The position numbers and the translations under genes are program-made. Below are positions 48,965 through 58,600 of a DNA stretch of 64,000 nucleotides, piece after piece. Under the pieces are notes generated by a model. The model made no database searches. It was not told the DNA's origin and was given only the letters and a program-made list of their open reading frames with translations. How positions within the stretch are numbered: position 1 is the first letter of the stretch; each line of letters opens with the position of its first letter. Source of the DNA: SAR202 cluster bacterium (GTDB lineage Bacteria; Chloroflexota; Dehalococcoidia; Lucifugimonadales; UBA6927); NCBI GenBank assembly GCA_022447855.1, contig JAKUTX010000003.1, forward strand, positions 39,707-103,706, in the 5' to 3' direction.

Positions 48965-51900
48965 TTACTCCTCAGTACGAGAAATCGAATTGAAATCTAA
49001 TCGACCAAATTCATAATTAGAAATGATCAAACACACAATCATAAGCGTCATTAAAGAGATATAAATTGGAATCATAACCCACCAATTAACTATTAAAACA
49101 AATGGTGGCAGAAACTTCCCTCCATATTCAGTGACTGCAACACTAGAAACTAATATTCCACTCATTTGTAACGCTGCCCAAGTGCCCAGAAACAGTCCGA
49201 GGATTCCAATTGTTAAATGCTCAAAATGCAAAATTATTAACATCTGAATTTTTGACAATCCAAAAGTTTGCATAAACGCAAAATCTCTTCTTGATCTTAC
49301 TCTTAAAACCAGAAGATAGGTTAAATATCCTAAACCTCCGATCAAAAAAATCACAACAAAACTTGCAATGACAGCCATTTTCCATCCTAATGCTATCAAT
49401 GGGTCAGAATTCAAATCTTCAAATTCCACACTCCTTGAATTCACAGAGCCTATTTGACTTAGGGCTATCTGGAATGCATCACCATTGATATTTGGTGTGT
49501 CTACAAAAATTTCTGTTGGGCGAATCTGTTGACCATCAGTAACAATATTTATATAACTCATCACAGAATCCAAATCTGCGATGACAAAACCACCATCTTC
49601 AGGATCAAGAGTTGGAAAATATTCTATTGACCCTACAATCACTGATTTAACAGGGCTATTAAAAATCTTAATAAAAATTTCGTCTCCTACACGAGTATCA
49701 TTTTCACTTAAAAATGAATTACTAACTATTACAGGAAGCACAGATCCAAAGTTAAGCTTAAAAATACCTCTAGATCCTCTATCGGTTAATCTGCCAAACT
49801 CAAATCGAGCAAATTTACCTGATGTGCTCTGATCATTAATCTCGATTTGGATTGAATCTGACCCAGATGGTGAAATCGCCAACGGACTCCAATCCAAAGG
49901 CCCTTCAAATTTTTCTAAAATCACCTTGTTTGAATTCACTTCAGAAAAGGCAAAAATATCATCAATTGATAAGGTGCCTGGTGTCGCAACTGGCCCATGT
50001 CCATGCTCAAAAAGTAATATTGAAGCTAAATGCATTGGATGTTTCAAGTTTTCTGGAATCGACGCCTCTGCTGTTACCCATTCACTATTCCCTAAATCTC
50101 CAAGAGTTGAAAACCCTACTACGCCTCGATTATCAATAAAATATAATCTCAACTTAATAGATTTAAAATTTCCCGAAGATTTGAAATTCATCCCAACTTG
50201 GGTTGTTTCTTCGGGTATTAAAATCGGTTGAGAAATCATTTGGGGACGAAGCTTTGACAACAAATCTCCAATTTCTTCATCCGAAAAATCATTCCTAAAC
50301 CAGAGGGTTTCAGAAGGAGCAAAGGAATCTATTCCTAAAAATTCAAATGAATTCCCTAAATTCGACGTTATTGCCTTTCCTGAGGATCTATATGCAAACA
50401 TGCTATTGGCATCATTATTAATAGCTTTTAATTCGTCATCTAAAGTAATTCTATCCGCAATTAACATTCGAGGAATTGATGAAATCAGATAATCAGAACC
50501 AACCTGATATGCAACTCTATCGGAACCACTTTTGTCTAAAGTGCTTCCAATAGTAGCACTCAAAGCACCAATGCATGTAACCAAACTCAACAATAAAATA
50601 GGCCAAACATACTGCAACGGATTCCTAGAAAATTTCCATAGCGTCAACGTATACCCAATAGGGGCAATTTGTATCAGTTTCTCAAGCAATAAATAAATAA
50701 TTCTCAGAGGACCAAGCAAAATAATTATTATCAATGAAAAGAATAATGGATCAATTGTCTTTGGAGCATAAATCCAAAACAATACCAATGATAAAATTAA
50801 TTCGATCCCTATCGAAATTCCAAAGATATTTCTGGAAATAATTTTATTCGAAAACCAGTACAAAAAACCTATTAACAGCAAGAAAAAGAGGGCTGGAATT
50901 ACTCTATTAATGTCACTATCTAGCCACCCTTTTACCAAAAACATAATAGCCGAAAAGCCGATTGAGGAAAAAGCCAAAAAACTGACAATCCGCATAGATT
51001 CTCCGCTCAAAAACTTAACTAGTGCAGGGAATATTCGTAAAAACATTAATACTACTACTACTAAATACAAGATTGGAGCAAGTAATGCAGTTTCATTAAT
51101 TTGATTTGCAGTATGTATCCCTCCACTAACAATACTGCCTCGTTGATTTAATTCCCAAAACACAATTGCTGCTAAAATCAACAATGCAAAATCAATGAAA
51201 TATTTTTGAAAAAATGGCTCTATTGGAGGACGAGACAGCCTAAGATTGCTGACAATAGAAGTATTTCTATTCATTAAGAAGACCGGCGCCAAATACAGCG
51301 TCAGGCACACTGCTCCAATAATACCTGATGCTATAAATGAACTAGAAACCAATTCTACAGGTAAAAATTGCCCATTTGTTAAAGAGCTAATATTTGGTAA
51401 TTTACCACTTGAATAAACTACGACTAGAGAGGCAAATGGTGCCAAGATCACTGATATGAGTGCAATAAATACCCCTTCAAGTAAATATATTTTTAAAAGC
51501 TGTAACCTGCTCACTCCACGAGAACTCAATCGAAAAAAGTCCTCTTCACGCGCAGAAGCTAAAAAGGAAACCAGCATTCCTAAATAAAACAAAACCGTCA
51601 TAACCATCATTGAAATCAATAAAACCATTGGGATACTTGTGAAAAACCTTTTAATAGATAATGAACTAAGAATTGGCTTTAGTCCGGTCAAAAAATCAGA
51701 ACTGGGAAATGCTTCCGAAATCTCTACTTGGAAATCTTTCAATAATTTGTCTAGAGACTCAGGGTCAACATTTCTAAGAGAACTCTTTTCTAAATATATA
51801 AAAGAAGTTGATTTTCCTAAAGACCCCGGGAAAATTGATTCAAAAGCATCAGCAAATGCATTTTTAGTGACGAAAATCGATACTGGTTGTGATAATTCTA

Positions 51901-52624
51901 TATAATCAGGATCAATCTCTGGAGGAGCTTCAAATACACGTGGCTCAAATAATCCATCTGCAGAAAAATGCCAAAATCTATCTTTTTTATCATTCGGCTC
52001 AACAATTCCAACAATTAAAACACCCATCCTGTCCAAATTCATAGAAGGTGAAAAGGTTGCCATCGATCCTACATCAAGGCCAAAGAATTCTGACTGAAAC
52101 GGAGATAAAACCCCTTCAATGAATTTTTGACCCTCGTCGTCTATTAGAACCTGCTCAGAAGGAAATCTCCCTTCTAATACTCGTGCCATAGATTCGAATC
52201 CGTCCATTGATTGAACCCATCCAATCGGCCCCTCATCTTTTGTTCCCAATGCTCCCAATGGATTCTTAGGAGTTCCTACTAAAAGAGTAGGGCTTTTCAA
52301 AATACGAGTGTGCCCAGAATGAAATTGAGGTAAATAAGATTCAATAAACTTATCTAAAACAAGTCGGCTTGATGGTATATCTACTGAATTCAACGGAATA
52401 TTCGGTACTGCTAATGCTATATCAATAAAATCATCCGACGCTTGTTCAATAGATGTATTAAGACTAATTAACTTCAGAGAGTGATTATATGTAGGAGCAA
52501 TTGCAACGACAGTACTTGCAATGAAAAATCCAACAAATATGCTCGAATACAAATATCTATGAGACAAAATCCGATTCTTGATCAACTTCAATGTTGTAAA
52601 ACCAGACGAAAGATTCATGTTCAT
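48965..52624 (-). CDS. Giant double-FtsX-domain ABC permease, paralogue with extra 4-helix insertion
   Basis: 1219 aa, alignable by eye with the downstream permease. Examples are PVIVSNSFLSENDTRVGDEIFIK against PVLANEKFLTTTGHRVGSKVRVS, FVIADLDSV against YLIADLDSV, and MQTFGLSKIQM against MRTIGLSSRQL. Confidence 0.85.
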   Translation of the reverse strand: MNMNLSSGFTTLKLIKNRILSHRYLYSSIFVGFFIASTVVAIAPTYNHSLKLISLNTSIEQASDDFIDIALAVPNIPLNSVDIPSSRLVLDKFIESYLPQFHSGHTRILKSPTLLVGTPKNPLGALGTKDEGPIGWVQSMDGFESMARVLEGRFPSEQVLIDDEGQKFIEGVLSPFQSEFFGLDVGSMATFSPSMNLDRMGVLIVGIVEPNDKKDRFWHFSADGLFEPRVFEAPPEIDPDYIELSQPVSIFVTKNAFADAFESIFPGSLGKSTSFIYLEKSSLRNVDPESLDKLLKDFQVEISEAFPSSDFLTGLKPILSSLSIKRFFTSIPMVLLISMMVMTVLFYLGMLVSFLASAREEDFFRLSSRGVSRLQLLKIYLLEGVFIALISVILAPFASLVVVYSSGKLPNISSLTNGQFLPVELVSSSFIASGIIGAVCLTLYLAPVFLMNRNTSIVSNLRLSRPPIEPFFQKYFIDFALLILAAIVFWELNQRGSIVSGGIHTANQINETALLAPILYLVVVVLMFLRIFPALVKFLSGESMRIVSFLAFSSIGFSAIMFLVKGWLDSDINRVIPALFFLLLIGFLYWFSNKIISRNIFGISIGIELILSLVLFWIYAPKTIDPLFFSLIIIILLGPLRIIYLLLEKLIQIAPIGYTLTLWKFSRNPLQYVWPILLLSLVTCIGALSATIGSTLDKSGSDRVAYQVGSDYLISSIPRMLIADRITLDDELKAINNDANSMFAYRSSGKAITSNLGNSFEFLGIDSFAPSETLWFRNDFSDEEIGDLLSKLRPQMISQPILIPEETTQVGMNFKSSGNFKSIKLRLYFIDNRGVVGFSTLGDLGNSEWVTAEASIPENLKHPMHLASILLFEHGHGPVATPGTLSIDDIFAFSEVNSNKVILEKFEGPLDWSPLAISPSGSDSIQIEINDQSTSGKFARFEFGRLTDRGSRGIFKLNFGSVLPVIVSNSFLSENDTRVGDEIFIKIFNSPVKSVIVGSIEYFPTLDPEDGGFVIADLDSVMSYINIVTDGQQIRPTEIFVDTPNINGDAFQIALSQIGSVNSRSVEFEDLNSDPLIALGWKMAVIASFVVIFLIGGLGYLTYLLVLRVRSRRDFAFMQTFGLSKIQMLIILHFEHLTIGILGLFLGTWAALQMSGILVSSVAVTEYGGKFLPPFVLIVNWWVMIPIYISLMTLMIVCLIISNYEFGRLDFNSISRTEE

Positions 52625-52651
52625 TAATTCTTAATCACAGAAAATTAGACT

Positions 52652-53776
52652 CTATAACCCAATATTTTGCGCAACTTTTTCAAAGTGATAATCTGAATCC
52701 CCATATACAATCTCATTAGCCTTAACACGCCTGGAAAAAAGTTGAAGACTATGTTCCTTAGTAAATCCTATAGCTCCATGACACTGATGAGCGGTAGCAC
52801 AAATTCTCTGAGAAGCCTCGCTTACCCAAGCTTTTGCCATTGCAACTTCAATTGATGATTCCATATCGTTAGCCAATCTCCATGCTGCTTGATATGTCAA
52901 ATGCCTTGAACCCTCAAGGTCAATTGACATATTTGCACAATGATGTTGTATTGCCTGAAATGTACCAATTGGTCTGCCAAATTGAGTGCGGTGAGTAACA
53001 TAATCTAAAGTCATTTCAAGCACTTTGTCACAACTACCCAACATTTCAGCGGATTTACCAACAGCCGCCATACCCAAGATTTTTTCTAAAATAGGCCAAG
53101 CACCATTTACAACACCCAATACATTCTTTTCTTCAACTATCACATCGGAAAAAGTCACTTCTGATTGTCTATCGGAAGCAATTGTCTTAAGATGCGCCTC
53201 CGAAATCCCTTTAGCAGATTTTGGAACAACAAACATAGTCAAATCTTCCTCAGATTTTCCTGTCCTAGCAACAACTATCAATAAATCAGAAATGTTAGCA
53301 TAAGGGACAAATAATTTGGTGCCATTCAGTGTAAATTCTCCAGAATTATATTCAGCACTAAGTTTTATATCAGCTGGGTTTAAAGAAGCGGACATCTCAG
53401 TAAAAGCTAATGTTGATATTATCTGGCCACTAATGATTTTTGGAATCAATTCTTTTTTTTGCACTCCATCGCCAGCCTCCAAAATAGTTAATCCACTTAA
53501 TAAAACTGTGGGGAAATAAGGACTGGGCAATAAAGCCCTACCCATTTCTTCCAATAAAATAGTTAACTCAAGAAATCCCATCCCAATTCCCCCAAATTCT
53601 TCTGGGAAAACTAAACCTATCCATCCTTGTTGAGCAATTTTGTTCCATAATTCCGCAGTATATCCATCCTTTTCAAGTTCCATAGAACGAACATAAGCTT
53701 CTGAACACTCTGCATTCAAAAAATCACGGGCAGAACTACGAAGCATTTGCTGAGTTTCATCAAAACCAAAATCCAT
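52652..53776 (-). CDS. Acyl-CoA dehydrogenase family protein lacking the canonical catalytic Glu (beta-type subunit)
   Basis: It has the ACAD fold throughout. Where canonical ACADs have G-T-S-E-I near the C-terminus, this protein reads YGDSDYHF. Confidence 0.8.
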   Translation of the reverse strand: MDFGFDETQQMLRSSARDFLNAECSEAYVRSMELEKDGYTAELWNKIAQQGWIGLVFPEEFGGIGMGFLELTILLEEMGRALLPSPYFPTVLLSGLTILEAGDGVQKKELIPKIISGQIISTLAFTEMSASLNPADIKLSAEYNSGEFTLNGTKLFVPYANISDLLIVVARTGKSEEDLTMFVVPKSAKGISEAHLKTIASDRQSEVTFSDVIVEEKNVLGVVNGAWPILEKILGMAAVGKSAEMLGSCDKVLEMTLDYVTHRTQFGRPIGTFQAIQHHCANMSIDLEGSRHLTYQAAWRLANDMESSIEVAMAKAWVSEASQRICATAHQCHGAIGFTKEHSLQLFSRRVKANEIVYGDSDYHFEKVAQNIGL

Positions 53777-53797
53777 TTCAAATATCCTTAATTACTA

Positions 53798-54970
53798 TCA
53801 TCCACGTGGCAATCCTAGTCCACGAGTAGCTATAATATTCCGTTGAATCTCAGAAGTGCCTGCTGCAATAGTTACAGATACATTCTGCATAAAACTTTGT
53901 TCAATCTCACCTCTTAATGGAGCATACTTGGAATCAGGTTCTAGCTGACCATACATACCTAATATTTGCATTCCAACTTTTGCGATTCTCTGTTGAAGTT
54001 CGGTTCCAAAAACCTTCCCAATACTTGATTCTTTATTGGGAACAATACCCTGACTTTGCATGTACCCTATTTGATATGAATTTAATCTGCTCATTTCGAT
54101 TTCAGTTCTTAATTTTGCTAATCTATACCTAATTATAGGGTCTTCAGATAAAAGACAACCATTCCTATAGGTCTCATTCGAAAATTGAATGAGTTCTTCA
54201 ATTACTCTCCTAGCGCTCGCTGAGTATTCAATACCTGATCTCTCAAAATCTAAAAGAGTTGCACCTACATACCAACCTCTATTCACTTCCCCAACAAGAT
54301 TCTTTTTAGGAACTCGCACATCTTCAAAATTGATCATATTGAAATGATGATTGCCAACCATATTAATTATTGGCTGCACCTCAACACCAGGCGCTTTCAT
54401 GTCCAACAAGAAAAAACTTATTCCACGGTGCTTCGGGGCATCAGGATCCGTACGAGCCATCATAAACATCTGATCTGCCCTGTGGGCCATCGACGTCCAT
54501 ACTTTTGTCCCATTAATCACATAATCATCCCCGTCTTCAACAGCCTTTGTTTGTAATGAAGCCAAATCCGAACCCGAGCCAGGTTCGGAGTATCCTTGAC
54601 ACCATTGAATTTCCCCCCGAGCAATCTTAGGCAAATGTTCTCGTTTTTGTTCTTCAGTGCCATGAATCATAAGGGTAGGAGCAAGCATACGTACTCCAAA
54701 GGCATCTCTGCCAGGCACACGATTATATTCTACTTCTTCAGCGAAAATTACCTGTTTAATGATCGAAGCTTCTTGACCTCCATATTCCTTCGGCCAAGCC
54801 ATGGAAAGCCACCCTTCCTGAGCCATTTTCTGGCGCATTTTAAGTGTAAATTTCCAATCAGATTCCGCATCTCCTAGCGAACCTGTCCACTCATTTGGCA
54901 ACTCCTTTTGAAAAAAATTATGTAATTCTGACCGAAAAACTTCATCCTCTGTAGAGAAATTGTAATCCAT
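53798..54970 (-). CDS. Acyl-CoA dehydrogenase
   Basis: It has the canonical blocks GYSEPGSGSD and AAGTSEIQRNIIA, with the catalytic Glu present. Confidence 0.9.
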   Translation of the reverse strand: MDYNFSTEDEVFRSELHNFFQKELPNEWTGSLGDAESDWKFTLKMRQKMAQEGWLSMAWPKEYGGQEASIIKQVIFAEEVEYNRVPGRDAFGVRMLAPTLMIHGTEEQKREHLPKIARGEIQWCQGYSEPGSGSDLASLQTKAVEDGDDYVINGTKVWTSMAHRADQMFMMARTDPDAPKHRGISFFLLDMKAPGVEVQPIINMVGNHHFNMINFEDVRVPKKNLVGEVNRGWYVGATLLDFERSGIEYSASARRVIEELIQFSNETYRNGCLLSEDPIIRYRLAKLRTEIEMSRLNSYQIGYMQSQGIVPNKESSIGKVFGTELQQRIAKVGMQILGMYGQLEPDSKYAPLRGEIEQSFMQNVSVTIAAGTSEIQRNIIATRGLGLPRG

Positions 54971-55163
54971 ACCTTTTTTCCTTCTTATAAAACATTGGAA
55001 TTTTATAGGATTTTTTGCTAAAGAACGTCATTCGCATTCTAGATAGACAATAAAACCGTGTCAATGTGAATACATATATGAATCAATATCTAAGATGCTT
55101 TAAATGATTCATCTCTTGGAATATAATTTGAACCCAACTAGTAGTTAACAATTGGAGTAAGTC

Positions 55164-55649
55164 GTGACAAGCCAATCACTTTTTAAAGAAGCTTGGGGAA
55201 AGTTCCCTACAGGAGTTTCAGTAATTACGACCGTTCAAAATGGCAAAATTCACGGAATGTCAGCAAACGGCATCGCTTCAGTTTCTCTTGATCCGCCATT
55301 AGTTCTAGTTTGTATAGGGCACCAACGCAATTCTTATAAAATTGTTCAACAAACAAAAAGATTTTGTATCAATATCCTAAGAGATTCCCAACAGAATCTA
55401 GCAGAATATTATTCCCAACCTAATGACCAGAAAAAAACCGATATTTCACCGACCTTTAGTTTTAGCTCAAATGGTGCAGCCATGTTGGAAAATTGTATTG
55501 CTTCAATGGATTGCAATTTAATAACCGAACATATATCTGGAGATCACTCAATTTTCGTTGGTAGCGTGGACGAAATTAAAATCGATAATGGTAATCCACT
55601 TATCTATCATAATGGAAAATACATTACCCTTCCAAAAAACCCTGCTTAA
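55164..55649 (+). CDS. Flavin reductase family protein (HpaC/NADH:FMN oxidoreductase-like)
   Basis: It has FKEAWGKFPTGVSVITT...MSANGIASVSLDPPLVLVC. The GTG start has GGAG 6 nt upstream. Confidence 0.85.
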   Translation: MTSQSLFKEAWGKFPTGVSVITTVQNGKIHGMSANGIASVSLDPPLVLVCIGHQRNSYKIVQQTKRFCINILRDSQQNLAEYYSQPNDQKKTDISPTFSFSSNGAAMLENCIASMDCNLITEHISGDHSIFVGSVDEIKIDNGNPLIYHNGKYITLPKNPA

Positions 55650-55670
55650 AGATAACTCGCTCACACAATA

Positions 55671-58600
55671 TTAGTCGTACCGATATATTCTTGTTCCACC
55701 AGAATCATACACAAGATCCAACCACTCCAGATCCGAGCTATTAAATTTCGCTAACCCTTCATTGCTATAATAAATCCTCTCGAGTTCTCCAACAATTATA
55801 AAAGTTACATCATAACGATCTAACAACTCACGAACCGCTGTAATATCTTCAGAATTATAGATCATCCGAACATCATTAGCTCTGGTTTCAATTGTTGATT
55901 TATAATCCCATCGTTGCTGAGTTTGATGCCACTCCCAACCTATTATAGTAGGCAATCCACTATAAATAGACATCCGACTCCCCCACAAATATTGGGGTGT
56001 TACTGCTTCCAAAATTACAGGAGAACCAACTACATTTCTCCTCATCCATCTTACTGCCCCAATATCTGGAGCTAAATATATAGGTCTATCAGAATCCCAA
56101 AACAACGCTCGGTCTGCAAAATCTAAGCCATTAAGAGACAACTCAGATCCAATACTAGATTCAAATCTGTCATTAATCCGATTATAAGTACCTAAAACAG
56201 GATATATAGACACCGCAAAAGCACACACTGAAATACTAATCACTAAGAAATTAGACCAAAATCGAGATATCCTTTTGCTAATGATTTTCATTGCCAAAAT
56301 CCACAAGGCGCATCCTGAAAAAATCCCCAACAAAATCCAAATTTGCAAATAAAACTTGAAGATGCTATTCATGCGTTCAATATCCCCATTAACTCTGAAT
56401 ATTTCCAACCCTGCTATCAAACTAGTTGCTGTAAAAATTAGTAATCCTAAGAAACATAGAGCCCCAGATTTCGAATTGAGTGACTTCAAGTAATTTATTG
56501 AAACATATGCCACAAAAGCACTTAGCAGAGCCATTAAAATTAGTGTCAATCCAAATTGGAAATAAAGTGTTATCAATAAAACTATTATGATAAAAGAGAA
56601 GATCGCCAAAAAATTATTTGAACGAAAATCTTGGATTGCTGTCTTCCAATTTTCCCAAATAACTAATTTATTTTTGCATACCCTTAAATCCTTAGAGAAC
56701 ATCGAACCATAGAACAAAATTACTAATAAAAGTGGGAATCCAAATATTGCTGCAATTCTCCAAAAATCGGTAGTATGCGTTGTTGCAGTAATTCCATAGA
56801 AAAATGTTTCGTAATTTTGATGGTAGGGCAAGAAAAATAGAATGGACAAAAGAATGACCATTACTATTTTCCAACTCGAATGAACAAGTAGCATTAAATT
56901 GAAACCTTTTCTTTTGATGTATTCGGAAATCAAAACAGCGGCGCTGAAAATTAAAATTTGCGTTGGATAATCCCAGGCATTTATCGTATTCACTGCCCCC
57001 AAAACCAACGCTGCTAGAACAAGCTTTGAAAACTCAATTATTTTGCCATTTAAAATTCCAGGAACGTGAGAAAAGTAGTTTTGCTGAATAATTGACACAG
57101 AAATAGCAAGACATAAAACTACAAAAGGCATAACCATCAGATGAGCATGCAAATCAGCAAACAAAAACGTAAAATATGGGAACTCCGTAATCCCCTCCAC
57201 TGAAGTATTCATCATCCTGCTACTCTTCCAATAATCAAATTCAATTGATCCTGAATAATTAGTGAAAGTATTGCCTACAAGTTGAAAAATGCCATCAAAA
57301 TTCCCGAAGACACATACACAAAATGCCCCTAAAACACCAGCAATTAATGAGAATATTCTAGAATAATTTGCAAATTTTATTTCAGTGTTTCGAATCCATT
57401 CGCATAAATTAAATACTACGGAAACTATACCGCCAAATGTCAATGAGAAGAATAATGGGATAGACAAATTATATGCAATCTCAGGTAATATACCCAATGC
57501 TTTAGTAATCATTGCGCTAAGAAAATGACCATAATAATAATAATTTAAATATCCCCCAGAAAACCATGGATCATAAGGTGGCATACTAGAAGATTTGATT
57601 ACAGCATTAAAATAAGCAAAATCCATCGGTTTCTCTCCGCCCCTAAACGGATGCCATAAATCAGGATTGAGCATTCTGATCAGTATAAATCCAAAAAAAG
57701 TAAGTATAAACAAACATTCAAATGATAAAAATAGTTTCCAATTCCTCAAAAGGATTTGCGTAAAATAACCCCAAAATTTCACAACCAATACCAGTGAAAA
57801 TATAAGCAAAGCAATAAGAACATAAAAAATCGTTTCTCTTGAAAATTCAGTCACCTGCAAGCTACAAAGTATCCAAACGAAAAAGCCTAGAAGCAATAGT
57901 CCTAAAGGCTTTGAAAGCAACCAACCCTTGTCACTTGATGAAGGGAAAATTAAAAATGTTATTGGTAATCCAACAATCGTCAAGAGCACTAAAAATGCGA
58001 GCCATAAAATTATTGGATTTCGATTTGCAAACGACGTAGAATCAAAGATTTCGGAAAATGTACCTCCGTTTCTTTGGGCTTCTAATAACTCCCCATCAAT
58101 CATCAAATTGACTTCCATCGAATTAGATTTTGGGTATTCAATCGAATCAGAGAAAATCCTCTTTTGAATATCAGTGGCGGAAAACCTTCCCACATTCCTA
58201 AAAATCATTACCCTAGGATTGGTATAAACTGTAAAACTTTCATCTGCATAACCCAAAGAAATATCTAACTGTGAATTCTCTTCCTGCTCTAATTGCCTAG
58301 GTGGTGCAATAGTAGATCTAGACCATGTATCATCAAGAAATTCAAATGGACCAAAACGAGGTCTTTGTGATGTGAAATATGCCAACTCATAACCTAATTC
58401 TCCATTAAACAAATCTTGATAATATGCCCTACTAATTGGATATCTATCTGGAAGCCTAGCAATAGCCCCATATAATCTATTGCTATATATCACTAAAAAG
58501 TCAGCTTTTTCTAAGGAGTCTGAAATTAATTTTACCTTTGCAGGGGTATCTGGATCATACATGGGTAATTCGATCTGAAGCGGTTTTCGAAGTAAAGGCA

